Part shown: piece after piece, positions 8,867 through 18,272 of the stretch
How the letters are laid out: each line of letters begins with the position of its first letter
How positions within the stretch are numbered: the stretch's first letter is position 1
Position numbers and translations under genes: made by a program
Notes under the pieces: model-generated
The model's input: only the letters and a program-made list of their open reading frames with translations
Databases searched by the model: none
Told to the model about the DNA's origin: nothing
Source of the DNA: Bacilli bacterium
GTDB lineage: Bacteria; Bacillota_I; Bacilli_A; RF39; UBA660
DNA: 43,443 bases
Direction of reading: 5' to 3'
Assembly: GCA_017887885.1 (NCBI GenBank)
Contig: JAGHHB010000066.1
Location: 1 to 43,443, forward strand

Positions 8867-10148
8867 TTATATTACTGTTTCAGAAGTAAGCAGATATATA
8901 AAAGAAATAATAAATGATGATTTATTTCTTCGAAAGGTTTACCTTAAAGGAGAAATATCAAATTTTAAAGCTCATTCGCGAGGACATTATTATTTTACTT
9001 TAAAAGATGAAAATAGTAGAATAGCCGCTGTAATGTTCTTCTCTAATAATAGAAACATGAAATTTGTACCTTATGATGGCATGAAAGTTTTAGTAAGCGG
9101 CAAAATTGATGTTTATGAGGCTACTGGCTCATATCAAATATACGTCGAAGAAATGCTAGAAGATGGAATCGGAGCTTTATATATTGCTTTTGAAAGATTG
9201 AAAGAAAAATTAGCTAAAGAAGGATTATTCGATAAAGAAAAAAAGCAAAAGATTCGAAGAATTCCTCGAAAAATTGGCATTGTTACTTCACCGACCGGGG
9301 CTGCTATTAAAGATATTTTGACAACTATTAAAAGAAGATTCCCTAGCTGTGAGACGATTTTATTTCCTGCATTAGTTCAAGGAAATGAAGCAGCTAAAGA
9401 TATCGCAAATAAAATTAAAATAGCTAACGAAGTAAAAGATACGTATAATATTGATACATTAATAATCGGACGTGGTGGTGGTTCTTTAGAAGATTTATGG
9501 CCCTTTAATGAGGAAATTGTCGCTCGAGCTATTTATGATTCAAAAATTCCTGTCATATCTGCTGTCGGGCACGAAATAGATATAACTATATCAGATTATG
9601 TAGCTGATCTTCGTGCACCAACTCCAACTGCGGCAGGAGAGCTTGCCGTTCCAGACATCAATACAATAATAACATATTTAGAAACTGCTAAAGGAAGGGG
9701 ATATACAGCTTTAAATAATATTATCAATCATAATAAAACAAAGTTAAACAATCTAAAAAGTAGTTATATTTTAACAAGGCCCATGACAATTTATGAAATA
9801 AAAGAACAAAAATTAGATAGTCTAATGGACAATCTAAATAAAGCAATAAACAAAATTCTAGACAATATTAAAGCCCGTGTATATGCTTGTCAAAATAATT
9901 ATATTTTAAACAATCCTGATATTTTATATAAATATCGAGAACAAAAACTAATTCATATAATTTCACAATTAGAGGTTTTAAACCCCCTAAATACTTTAAA
10001 TAGAGGGTATGCTATCGTAAAAAATAAAGAAAAGATTTTATCGAGTATTAAAGATGTTAATATGAGTGAACTTCTCACTATTGAATTAAAAGACGGTCTT
10101 GTTACCAGCAAAGTAACGAAAGTAGGTGAAAATAATGCAGGAAAATAA
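8859..10148 (+). CDS. xseA: exodeoxyribonuclease VII large subunit
   Basis: OB-fold N-terminus (GEISNFK.HSRGHYYFTLKD), then IGIVTSPTGAA..D, RGGGS.EDLW.FN and a coiled-coil C-terminus. Confidence 0.93.
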   Translation: MDNYITVSEVSRYIKEIINDDLFLRKVYLKGEISNFKAHSRGHYYFTLKDENSRIAAVMFFSNNRNMKFVPYDGMKVLVSGKIDVYEATGSYQIYVEEMLEDGIGALYIAFERLKEKLAKEGLFDKEKKQKIRRIPRKIGIVTSPTGAAIKDILTTIKRRFPSCETILFPALVQGNEAAKDIANKIKIANEVKDTYNIDTLIIGRGGGSLEDLWPFNEEIVARAIYDSKIPVISAVGHEIDITISDYVADLRAPTPTAAGELAVPDINTIITYLETAKGRGYTALNNIINHNKTKLNNLKSSYILTRPMTIYEIKEQKLDSLMDNLNKAINKILDNIKARVYACQNNYILNNPDILYKYREQKLIHIISQLEVLNPLNTLNRGYAIVKNKEKILSSIKDVNMSELLTIELKDGLVTSKVTKVGENNAGK

Positions 10149-10365
10149 AGAAATGACATTTGAAGAAAAAATTAAATTATTAGAAGATATTACTAAAGAG
10201 CTAGAAAATGGGGATGTTCCATTAGAATCCGCTATCGACAAATATACGGAAGCCATGAAACTTGCTAAAGAATGTTCTGAAAAACTAAATAAAGTTAGTG
10301 AAAAAGTAAATAAAATTATGCTTGAAAATGGCAAGTTGGAAGACTTTGAAATTAAAGAAGATTAA
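10135..10365 (+). CDS. xseB: exodeoxyribonuclease VII small subunit
   Basis: FEEKIKLLEDITKELENGDVPLESAIDKYTEAMKL is the canonical XseB core. The ATG at 10135 overlaps the xseA 3' end. Confidence 0.9.
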   Translation: MQENKEMTFEEKIKLLEDITKELENGDVPLESAIDKYTEAMKLAKECSEKLNKVSEKVNKIMLENGKLEDFEIKED

Positions 10366-10401
10366 GTTTACAGTCTCTAACTTTAAAAGTACATATAAAA
10401 T

Positions 10402-10460
10402 AACAAACCTCTAGGAATCTAGAGGTTTGTTGTAAGAAGACAAAAAGAGTCTTCATTTTT
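10402..10460. terminator. tandem hairpins between convergent xseB and spoIVB
   Basis: 13-bp stem AACAAACCTCTAG (10402-10414) / CTAGAGGTTTGTT (10419-10431). A second stem is GAAGAC (10436-10441) / GTCTTC (10449-10454) followed by ATTTTT. Confidence 0.7.
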
Positions 10461-11457
10461 AATTTTCTGCTTCTTCTAACATTGTCGTTATTAAGATTCC
10501 ATAACCTTTAGTTGGATCATCTACGACCACATGAGTAACTGCTCCTATAATATATTCACCTTGAATAATAGGACTACCGCTCATTCCTTGAATAATACCG
10601 CCCGTAGTCTTTAAAAGATTTTCATCAGTAACTTCAAAAAGGATATTCTTTACCATATTTTTATTACTATTTACTTTTAAAATATTGATAGAGAAATCTT
10701 CGACTGTCGTACCATCTATAACCGTCAAAATTTTAGCTTCTCCAATATTAATATCATCGGCTGTACCAACAGCATACAGTTTTTTATTTGGTATATTATC
10801 AGTATAATTACCAAAGATTCCATGTGTCGTATTTTCAAAGACAGATCCAAAAATATTATCACTATCATATTTAGCCGATTTTTCTCCTGGTTTACCTAAA
10901 GTACTTCTAGTTACACCTGTAACTTCGGAACTATATATTTTACCATCCTTTATTTCTAATTTTTGACCTGTAGTTTTCTCGATTATCTCGTGTCCTAAAG
11001 CTCCAAAAAGTTTTGTAGCAGGGTCAATATAAGTTAACGTACCTACACCAGTAATATTATCTTTTACATATAATCCAGTTTTATAGACGTTATTGTCACC
11101 TTTTTTTAATTCTAATACAGTAGTGGCTTCTTTATTTCCACGTTTATACGTAATGGAAAGGCTTTCTTTATTATTAGTGGCCTCTATCACATTTAGCATA
11201 TCTTCAATATTAGATATATCTTGGTCATTAATCTTAATTATTTTATCGCCATTTTGTAAATTAGCTTTTTTGGCAGGATTAGTTCCATCAACTTCATAAG
11301 TTCCTACTATTATAACGCCAGTTGAATTAAGTTCAATACCAATGTTTTCGCCACCTGCAATAATATAGTCTGAATAAGCAGAAGCTACTTGGGGGATAAT
11401 AAGAAAAGATAGAGAAAGCAGAATAAGTAGTTTGTTTTTTAAATTTTTAAAAAACAT
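10459..11457 (-). CDS. spoIVB: SpoIVB peptidase (S55 family, stage IV sporulation)
   Basis: Signal peptide, PDZ region (NLQNGDKIIKIND) and S55 protease motifs GTLTYIDP....FGALGH and GMSGSPII. The ATG at 11457 lies about 9 nt after AAGGAG. Confidence 0.9.
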   Translation of the reverse strand: MFFKNLKNKLLILLSLSFLIIPQVASAYSDYIIAGGENIGIELNSTGVIIVGTYEVDGTNPAKKANLQNGDKIIKINDQDISNIEDMLNVIEATNNKESLSITYKRGNKEATTVLELKKGDNNVYKTGLYVKDNITGVGTLTYIDPATKLFGALGHEIIEKTTGQKLEIKDGKIYSSEVTGVTRSTLGKPGEKSAKYDSDNIFGSVFENTTHGIFGNYTDNIPNKKLYAVGTADDINIGEAKILTVIDGTTVEDFSINILKVNSNKNMVKNILFEVTDENLLKTTGGIIQGMSGSPIIQGEYIIGAVTHVVVDDPTKGYGILITTMLEEAEN

Positions 11458-11626
11458 AAAATACATCTCCTTTATCTTTTTTTCACAGACTACATTATTA
11501 TTATTAACTACATTATAAAAAATATGAAAGTGAAAAAATACCATTTCCCTTCATTATAAATCTAAAAATTAGAATCATTATTTAAATACAATTATCGGAA
11601 AATATAGCAAAAAACTGTTGAAAAGA

Positions 11627-11655
11627 TTGACAATCTCAATCTATTATAGTATTAT
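11627..11655 (+). promoter_or_regulatory. sigma-A type promoter
   Basis: TTGACA (11627-11632), 17 nt, TATTAT (11650-11655), upstream of RBS AGAGGA and the ATG at 11679. Confidence 0.5.
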
Positions 11656-11678
11656 AATTTCAATTGCAGAGGATAATT

Positions 11679-12050
11679 ATGAAAAGAAAGTTAGAAGTTC
11701 AAAGAGAAATAGGAAAAAAGAATATACTTTATTTTAAAGATACTATGTATAAGAAAATTTTCAAATTTATTTGTAAAATAACTTTGATATTAATTCTTTC
11801 AAATTTATTTGATAATAAATTATATTATATATTTTCACTCATATACGTTATCTATGCGACCTATAGTATATACCTTTTAAATAAAAATTATGCAGCTATA
11901 ATAAATGATATTAAAATAAATCACATGATAGTTGAGACGATAACAATCGAAATAAATTTTAAAAAGATCATTTATAATATTAAGAAGAATAGGGAAAATA
12001 ACTATTTGATTAAAAAAATTTTACTTTTTAAAACTAAATTATGTAGTTAA
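11679..12050 (+). CDS. hypothetical small membrane protein (about 123 aa, 2 predicted TM)
   Basis: ORF with its own promoter and RBS. Two hydrophobic segments; no recognised family. Confidence 0.45.
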   Translation: MKRKLEVQREIGKKNILYFKDTMYKKIFKFICKITLILILSNLFDNKLYYIFSLIYVIYATYSIYLLNKNYAAIINDIKINHMIVETITIEINFKKIIYNIKKNRENNYLIKKILLFKTKLCS

Positions 12051-12146
12051 TATTCATTCTTTTTATATTACCTTGATTATGTTTGAAAAAATTTAATAAT
12101 AATAATTAAATTTTTTTCTTTTTCATATATTTTAATAGGTGATATA

Positions 12147-12908
12147 ATGAATAATACCGTTTTTGCCTTTGTATTAACTATCATTGCGGGCTTCTCAACA
12201 ATGATAGGAAGTCTTCTAATTTTTATTAAGAAAAAAAATCATGATAAGATTGTTATTTCATCTCTTTCTTTTGCAGCAGGTGTCATGATAACAGTTTCCA
12301 TAACCGATCTAGTTCCCGAAAGTATGGTTCTTTTACGAAGTAATTTACAAGACATCAATATCGTATTAATAAGTTTTTTAAGCGTGATTTTAGGTATAGT
12401 AATATCGATGCTTATTGATTACTATTTACCAGATAATCCATCAAAGCAAGTCAGTAATTCCTCACTATTTAGAGTTGGACTTATATCAATGGTAGCTATT
12501 ATATTACATAACATCCCTGAAGGAATTGCCACATTTGTTGCTACTAAGAGTGATATTAATCTTGGAATAACTCTTGCCATAGCAATAGCTATGCATAATA
12601 TCCCTGAAGGAATCAGTATTTCAATACCTATATACTATGCTACTAAAAGCAAAAAAACTGCTCTTTTATATACTTTTATTTCTGCAATGTCAGAACCATT
12701 TGGTGCTCTTCTTGCTTTTATTTTCTTAAAGAATTTTATCAACGATGTTCTACTGGGGATTCTCTTTTCTATAATTGCCGGTATTATGCTTCAGATATCT
12801 TTTTGTGAACTTTTACCTTCTGTAAAAAAATATAAAGATAACAAACTAATAAAAATAACTTTCTTTATTATTGGTATTATCTTTATGCTATTAAAATTTA
12901 TTATTTAA
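12147..12908 (+). CDS. zupT: ZIP-family zinc transporter ZupT
   Basis: Polytopic membrane protein with duplicated HNIPEGIA / HNIPEGIS ZIP motifs. RBS AGGTGA. Confidence 0.88.
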   Translation: MNNTVFAFVLTIIAGFSTMIGSLLIFIKKKNHDKIVISSLSFAAGVMITVSITDLVPESMVLLRSNLQDINIVLISFLSVILGIVISMLIDYYLPDNPSKQVSNSSLFRVGLISMVAIILHNIPEGIATFVATKSDINLGITLAIAIAMHNIPEGISISIPIYYATKSKKTALLYTFISAMSEPFGALLAFIFLKNFINDVLLGILFSIIAGIMLQISFCELLPSVKKYKDNKLIKITFFIIGIIFMLLKFII

Positions 12909-12948
12909 TTTTTGAGAGAATTATGTTATACTTGATATGGTGATAATA

Positions 12949-13893
12949 ATGAATAGTAATAATGGCCTTCCGAAGAAGATAGTCTATGATAAAAAACTAA
13001 ATACTAGACAAATAGATTTATTAAATAGTCAATATCAAAAGATTTTACAAATAAGCAAAGAAAAATTTTGCAATAATCAGCTCTATTTAACTAAAAATAG
13101 AGAAGTTTATTTACCTAAAGATGCGTTAATTCATGTTACTAACTTTAGTATTGAACGAGTCAAAAGCATTAGTAAAAATGGCATATTAGCTCCAGAACTA
13201 TTAGGAAAAAGCAAACCTAAAACAACCTATTATTGCGCTGATTTTTATAGAATTAAAGATGACATTCTTGTTACAAATTGTAATAATTCTTGTGTAAACT
13301 TTGATAGTGAAGAAAATATTGCTTTTGTAATTAACCCATGCAGTAAGATAGGGGGATTAGTCTATTATGATCTATTAAATGGCAAATTCAAAAATAATAG
13401 TATAATTAATAGTATTATAGAAAATGATAATAGTGTTGCAAATAGTAATTATTCAGCTATTTTGGCAGGAATACCCGCTAACGCCATATCTGGGATAATT
13501 TTGGGAAGTAAAATCGTTTTAAATACACAATCTGTTAAGCTATTAGAAAATCTTTTTCCTAATGCATATTTAATTACTAGAAATGGAGATATTTTAAGAG
13601 ACAGATCCAATTTGGTAAAGATCGAGGATTATGAAGATATTTCCTTAAAGCAGTGTCAAGAACATATAAGATATGTAGAAATACAAAGAAAAAATGCCGC
13701 ATTACAAAGAGAAAATGCCAAATTAAGAAAAAACATTTCTTTAATTCTCAACAATATAAAAAAAATACTGCCACCATTTGAACAAGCAAAATTGTTAATA
13801 TCCATAGGACATACTAAAATTCCTTTAGCTTTATTAGAGAACCTAACCCTAGAAGAAAAGAAAGAGTTAGGAATCAAAGAAAACTATTCATAA
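12949..13893 (+). CDS. hypothetical protein (about 314 aa) with C-terminal coiled coil
   Basis: Long ORF; the ATG at 12949 follows GGTGAT (an alternative ATG is at 12937). No recognised motifs. The C-terminus (QRKNAALQRENAKLRKN) looks like a coiled coil. Confidence 0.6.
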   Translation: MNSNNGLPKKIVYDKKLNTRQIDLLNSQYQKILQISKEKFCNNQLYLTKNREVYLPKDALIHVTNFSIERVKSISKNGILAPELLGKSKPKTTYYCADFYRIKDDILVTNCNNSCVNFDSEENIAFVINPCSKIGGLVYYDLLNGKFKNNSIINSIIENDNSVANSNYSAILAGIPANAISGIILGSKIVLNTQSVKLLENLFPNAYLITRNGDILRDRSNLVKIEDYEDISLKQCQEHIRYVEIQRKNAALQRENAKLRKNISLILNNIKKILPPFEQAKLLISIGHTKIPLALLENLTLEEKKELGIKENYS

Positions 13894-13962
13894 AAGAAAA
13901 AAAGTAATGACAAGTTCCTCTTTTTTTGATATAATTATTATATAATAAAGTAGGAGGATATC

Positions 13963-14715
13963 ATGAAAGAAACTCTAATCTGTACTTTAAATAAACACCA
14001 TATTTACTATTTAAATGACGCCAATTGTGGTTTTTATATTTTTCTTCCTTATAAGGACTATGATACAACAAATATTTCTGTTAGATTAAAAAGTAATTAC
14101 CCAATGTATGATCTTAACAAGAATCCTATTGATGTTGTTATAGGCGAACTTATAAATTATTATAAAAATATAGATAATTATAATATAACTTTAATTTTGC
14201 CTATTTTTTATGACGATATTTTAACTAGAATAAGAACTATCGATGATATGGAAATTTATCAAAAAATCGATATCTATTTAGGCAATATTTTTAACAGTGC
14301 TTATTATTTTCTAACCAAAAATAATATTAAAGTTAACACCAATATATATATAATTAATAATGATTCATTTAGAAGATTTACTAATTGGTTTGTAGCTAAA
14401 TACAATAATAGAATCGAGTATAAAACGATTTTAGAATTAGTTAAACAATCAGATAATTTTAATAATTACAATTTAATCAAAACACCAAACATTAATTTTG
14501 TTGTTAGTAGAAATGACATTCCAGATTTAGTCAAAACGGCAGAAATAGAAGTAGAAACTTTTGATAATTATGCTAAAAGTATTAATAGTAGCAAGCTATC
14601 AGAAGAAAATAAATTATTAGAAGATAAAAATAATTCCGGCTTTGTATCATATATTCTATTAGGAACGTTAACATTTATCGTATCATTAATTATTCTCCTA
14701 ATATTAGTAAAATAA
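13963..14715 (+). CDS. hypothetical tail-anchored membrane protein (250 aa)
   Basis: Strong RBS AGGAGGA, with an extended -10 TTGATATAAT upstream. A single C-terminal TM ends in ..LILVK. No recognised domain. Confidence 0.6.
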   Translation: MKETLICTLNKHHIYYLNDANCGFYIFLPYKDYDTTNISVRLKSNYPMYDLNKNPIDVVIGELINYYKNIDNYNITLILPIFYDDILTRIRTIDDMEIYQKIDIYLGNIFNSAYYFLTKNNIKVNTNIYIINNDSFRRFTNWFVAKYNNRIEYKTILELVKQSDNFNNYNLIKTPNINFVVSRNDIPDLVKTAEIEVETFDNYAKSINSSKLSEENKLLEDKNNSGFVSYILLGTLTFIVSLIILLILVK

Positions 14716-14725
14716 AAGTACTCTA

Positions 14726-14839
14726 TTAAGCGAGTACATAAACTAATATCGATGTTAGGGCAGAGACAACCGCTAATAAAAGCATAACGTAACCAAATAC
14801 TTTATTGCTCAAATTTTTCTTCTTCTTTTTTTTACTCAT
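14726..14839 (-). CDS. small membrane peptide (37 aa), not in the ORF track
   Basis: Hand translation: MSKKRRKKNLSNKVFGYVMLLLAVVSALTSILVYVLA*. It has RBS AAAGAGGTG (14851-14859), its own TTGAAA-17-TATAAT promoter, and a GTACTC/GAGTAC hairpin over the stop codon followed by a U-run. Confidence 0.55.
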   Translation of the reverse strand: MSKKKKKKNLSNKVFGYVMLLLAVVSALTSILVYVLA

Positions 14840-14863
14840 TTTTTATTTAACACCTCTTTTCTA

Positions 14864-14892
14864 ATTATACTAAAAATATAGAATATTTTCAA
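14864..14892 (-). promoter_or_regulatory. sigma-A type promoter of the 37-aa peptide gene
   Basis: Minus strand: TTGAAA (14892-14887), exactly 17 nt, TATAAT (14869-14864). Confidence 0.55.
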
Positions 14893-14925
14893 TATATTTT
14901 AATATACTTTATTGGTGATAATATT

Positions 14926-15558
14926 ATGAATAAAAAAGTAAGTAGTATCTTATCTATAATTCTTCCTCATAAAAGAATAAACTTATTTGTATTATTTATA
15001 ATTATTTTAGGAATTGTTTCAGGAACCATTTTCTTATTAGTTCTAAATGAAACAGACAAAGAATTGGTTACAAATCAAATTACAAACTTTTTTTCAAATA
15101 TTAATACTAATAATATTAATAATGGACAAGCATTTAAAAGTTCAATTATTCAAAATCTTCTTTTTATTATACTGATTTGGATACTAGGCATGTCAATAGT
15201 CGGAATTATAGCTAACATTTTTTTAATATATATGAAAGGCTTCATTATTGGTTTTTCCGTCTCTTCTTTTTTCATAATATATGAATATAAAGGATTACTA
15301 GCAGGATTAATATATTTATTTCCAACTACTATAATCAGTATTATCGTAGCCTTGATATTAGGTTCATATTCGATTATGTTTACGACAACCCTCTGGAAGC
15401 AAATCTTTTCTAAAACTAAAGGGAATAATTTTAGTTTTTTTCTCAAAAAATATTTTTTAGTTCTTGGTATTTGTATAATATTAGGGCTTGGTGCTTCTAT
15501 TTCTGAAAGTTATTTATTGCCATCTGTATTTAAGTTATTTATCAAATTCTTTATCTAA
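14926..15558 (+). CDS. spoIIM: stage II sporulation protein M
   Basis: 210-aa polytopic protein that aligns by eye with B. subtilis SpoIIM: ...WILGMSIVGI....I.MKGF.IGFSV.. and a C-terminal SE(S)YL.P block. Confidence 0.8.
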   Translation: MNKKVSSILSIILPHKRINLFVLFIIILGIVSGTIFLLVLNETDKELVTNQITNFFSNINTNNINNGQAFKSSIIQNLLFIILIWILGMSIVGIIANIFLIYMKGFIIGFSVSSFFIIYEYKGLLAGLIYLFPTTIISIIVALILGSYSIMFTTTLWKQIFSKTKGNNFSFFLKKYFLVLGICIILGLGASISESYLLPSVFKLFIKFFI

Positions 15559-15634
15559 ACACCATATAAAAAATATTTTATCATATCTAAGTTGCCAACA
15601 AAACTACCAATATGATATAATACGTATAGGTGAG

Positions 15635-16723
15635 GTGATACTTATAAAAAATGTAGTAATTGGAATGTCTGGAGGTGTCGATAGCTCGGTAGCAGCTATT
15701 CTTCTAAAAGAACAGGGCTATAATGTTATAGGACTATTTATGAGAAACTGGGATAGTACAATTAACAATGATTTTCTGGGGAATCCCAACCTTAATAACA
15801 ATATTTGTCCACAAGAAGAAGATTATAACGATGCTAAAAAAGTAAGCGAAAAACTTGGTATTCCTCTTTACAGAGTCGACTTTGTAAAAGAATACTGGGA
15901 TTTTGTTTTCACATATTTTTTAGATGAATTAAAAAAAGGAAGAACGCCTAATCCTGACGTTATGTGCAATAAATATATTAAATTTGATTTATTTTTACAA
16001 AAAGCCAAAGAACTTAACGCCGATTATATTGCAACTGGACACTATGCAAGATTAGTTGATGGTAAGCTTCTCAAAGCCGTTGATCTAGGTAAAGATCAAT
16101 CTTATTTTTTAGCTTATGTTGAGAAAAAACAATTCAAAAATGTTTTATTTCCTCTTGGAGAATACAAAAAAAGTGAAGTCAGGAACATTGCTCAAAAATA
16201 TGACCTTATAACTGCTAACAAGAAGGATTCGACAGGAATATGTTTTATTGGGGAACGTAATTTTACTCAATTTCTAGAAAATTACTTACCTAATATTCCT
16301 GGAAATATTGTCAACATCGATACTAACGAAGTTGTTGGGAAACATATTGGCCTTATGTATTATACTATTGGCCAACGAAGAGGTTTAAATTTAAGCGGTA
16401 ATAGAGAAAGAGGCTTTGTCGTAAAAAAAGATTTAGAAAACAATATTTTATATATTGCTCTTGGTGATGAAAACAAATATTTATATTCTGATAGTGCTAT
16501 TATCGAGGATTTTAATTTTCTTACCAATAGTAAACCTAGTAAATGTACGTGTAAATTCCGGTACAGACAACCTGACGTCGAAACCGAAGTCAAATATCTC
16601 GAAAATAATTGTTTACAATTAAATTACGTCAAGACGAAAGCAGTTACGCCAGGACAATTTTGTGTACTTTATGATAATGATATTTGTCTTGGCGGTGGTA
16701 TAATAAAGGAGATTATTAAGTAG
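15635..16723 (+). CDS. mnmA: tRNA-specific 2-thiouridylase MnmA
   Basis: PP-loop VVIGMSGGVDSSV, then CNKYIKF, ATGHYAR and DQSYFL motifs. The start is uncertain: GTG 15635 sits directly after AGGTGAG. The ORF-track extension back to 15488 overlaps spoIIM and is not credible. Confidence 0.9.
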   Translation: MILIKNVVIGMSGGVDSSVAAILLKEQGYNVIGLFMRNWDSTINNDFLGNPNLNNNICPQEEDYNDAKKVSEKLGIPLYRVDFVKEYWDFVFTYFLDELKKGRTPNPDVMCNKYIKFDLFLQKAKELNADYIATGHYARLVDGKLLKAVDLGKDQSYFLAYVEKKQFKNVLFPLGEYKKSEVRNIAQKYDLITANKKDSTGICFIGERNFTQFLENYLPNIPGNIVNIDTNEVVGKHIGLMYYTIGQRRGLNLSGNRERGFVVKKDLENNILYIALGDENKYLYSDSAIIEDFNFLTNSKPSKCTCKFRYRQPDVETEVKYLENNCLQLNYVKTKAVTPGQFCVLYDNDICLGGGIIKEIIK

Positions 16724-16742
16724 GTCTTTTACTTTAATTTAC

Positions 16743-16772
16743 TTGACATAAATTTATTAAAAATGATACAAT
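16743..16772 (+). promoter_or_regulatory. sigma-A type promoter with extended -10
   Basis: TTGACA (16743-16748), 18 nt, TGaTACAAT (16764-16772). Confidence 0.55.
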
Positions 16773-16798
16773 ATATATATAGGAGGATAAGCTATATA

Positions 16799-17584
16799 AT
16801 GAATATTGTAGAAAAAATAAACTTAATTTTAAAAAAGGCCAACATTTCCAAAGTAAATTTAGCCAAATATCTTGGAGTATCTAGACAGATGGTTTACAAT
16901 TATTTAGATGGAAATGATTTATCAAAATTACCTAATGAAAAGTGTCAATTATTATTTGAACTTTTGAATGTCAGTTCTGCTAATGAGATACTAAATATTA
17001 ATATTAATAACGACTATTTACAGAAGGTTGGAAGTAAAATTTTTGACTCTAGAAAAACATCCTCTTCTAAAAAAGAAGAAATAATCGAATTAAATGGATT
17101 AAAAAAAGAAGAAATCAACTTAATTAATGATATTGTTTTTAATCTAAAAAATATTCTTAATAATAAAAAAGGCAAGGAAGGTGAGGGGGTTACTACACTT
17201 GAGTATATTTTACAATTTATTCAAAATATTCCTGCTATGAAAGAACTAAAGTATGTTCTTGGTTATTTTTCCAAGAATTGTGGTTATACAGATCCTAATT
17301 ATTTTATTTTTGAAGAAGATAATCAATATGTCTTTGAAAGCATTATGTATTCTGCAATGACATTATATAATAATGGTGGAGCATCTAGAACAAAATTAGT
17401 TGAATCGCATAAAAAATGGGAACATATGTTAGCTTCTAAAAAAGAAGAAAAACTCTCTCGTACTCAAGAGTTAAATACTGCTAGAATACAAGCCTTAAGA
17501 GAACTTGGTTATACAGAAATTAACAAACAAAATGCTAGTGAAGTATTTGATAAAATTGCAGAAATTGTTTCAAGAAAAATTTGA
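16799..17584 (+). CDS. XRE-family HTH protein with a large uncharacterised C-terminal domain
   Basis: The N-terminal NISKVNLAKYLGVSRQMVYNYLDG is a Cro/C1-type HTH. About 190 further residues have no recognised motif. The ATG at 16799 follows AGGAGGA. Confidence 0.7.
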   Translation: MNIVEKINLILKKANISKVNLAKYLGVSRQMVYNYLDGNDLSKLPNEKCQLLFELLNVSSANEILNININNDYLQKVGSKIFDSRKTSSSKKEEIIELNGLKKEEINLINDIVFNLKNILNNKKGKEGEGVTTLEYILQFIQNIPAMKELKYVLGYFSKNCGYTDPNYFIFEEDNQYVFESIMYSAMTLYNNGGASRTKLVESHKKWEHMLASKKEEKLSRTQELNTARIQALRELGYTEINKQNASEVFDKIAEIVSRKI

Positions 17585-17611
17585 AAACGTCTTTAATGGA
17601 AGACGTTTTTT
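17585..17611 (+). terminator. intrinsic terminator
   Basis: AAACGTCTT (17585-17593) / AAGACGTTT (17600-17608) followed by a T-run. Confidence 0.8.
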
Positions 17612-18077
17612 AAGAAAAATAAAAGCTATTTATACCCTATTTAATAACAAATATTTAGATAGGGAAGGAATTATTAAAAATTACAAGAAAGTATTATTAT
17701 GTATTATAAATAAATCTATCTATATTAATGTTAAAACAATAAATAGTATTTAATTATTAAAAAATTAATTGCAAATTTATTTAAAACTAATGAATATTCC
17801 AAACTTATGGATTATTTAATGCAAAACGATTTTATAAAACTTTGGAACGTTGCTAGTTCACATATTTTATTTTAAATACTTATTCTTACTTCAAAAAAAG
17901 CATAATAAAGTCGGTCAAATAATTGTAGTTATTTTATCAAATATTTAAGTTCCCATAATTAATATTATGTTAAGTTGTAAAAAAAATAAACTATTTTTTA
18001 AGTTGGTAAATATTTACTTCTATCTTCTTACATATTGTCAGTTAATAATGTTAATAATATAAATGGAGGTAATTAAA

Positions 18078-18254
18078 ATGAGCAAAAAAGAGAAAAAAAA
18101 TAAATTGTCAAATAATAAAACACAGGATAATTCAAACAGCACTGTTGAATTGCAAAAAAGTCATGATAATAGTTTAGCACACGAATGCGGAAAAGAAAAC
18201 TGTTCATGTACTAAACATGATAATTGTAATAGTTCATTGACAGGAGGAGAATAA
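18078..18254 (+). CDS. small hydrophilic Cys/His-containing protein (58 aa)
   Basis: RBS GGAGGT (18064-18069), then ATG 18078. The sequence is MSKKEKKNK...HECGKENCSCTKHDNC... A terminator hairpin sits at the stop codon. Confidence 0.5.
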   Translation: MSKKEKKNKLSNNKTQDNSNSTVELQKSHDNSLAHECGKENCSCTKHDNCNSSLTGGE

Positions 18255-18272
18255 TTTTTTTATTCTCCTTTT
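18245..18272. terminator. bidirectional terminator shared by convergent genes
   Basis: AGGAGAATA (18245-18253) / TATTCTCCT (18261-18269), with T-rich sequence in the loop and flank. Confidence 0.65.

Noticed and set aside
12051-12146. I looked for a Zur box or other metal-regulator operator upstream of zupT.
   Set aside because: I saw only AT-rich sequence (TAATAATAATAATTA). There is no palindrome resembling the Firmicute Zur consensus (AAATCGTAATnATTACGATTT).
17505-17753. An 82-aa ORF overlapping the 3' end of the HTH gene and running through its terminator.
   Set aside because: It starts at a non-ATG codon without an RBS. It spans the strong intrinsic terminator at 17585-17611. Its composition is low-complexity.
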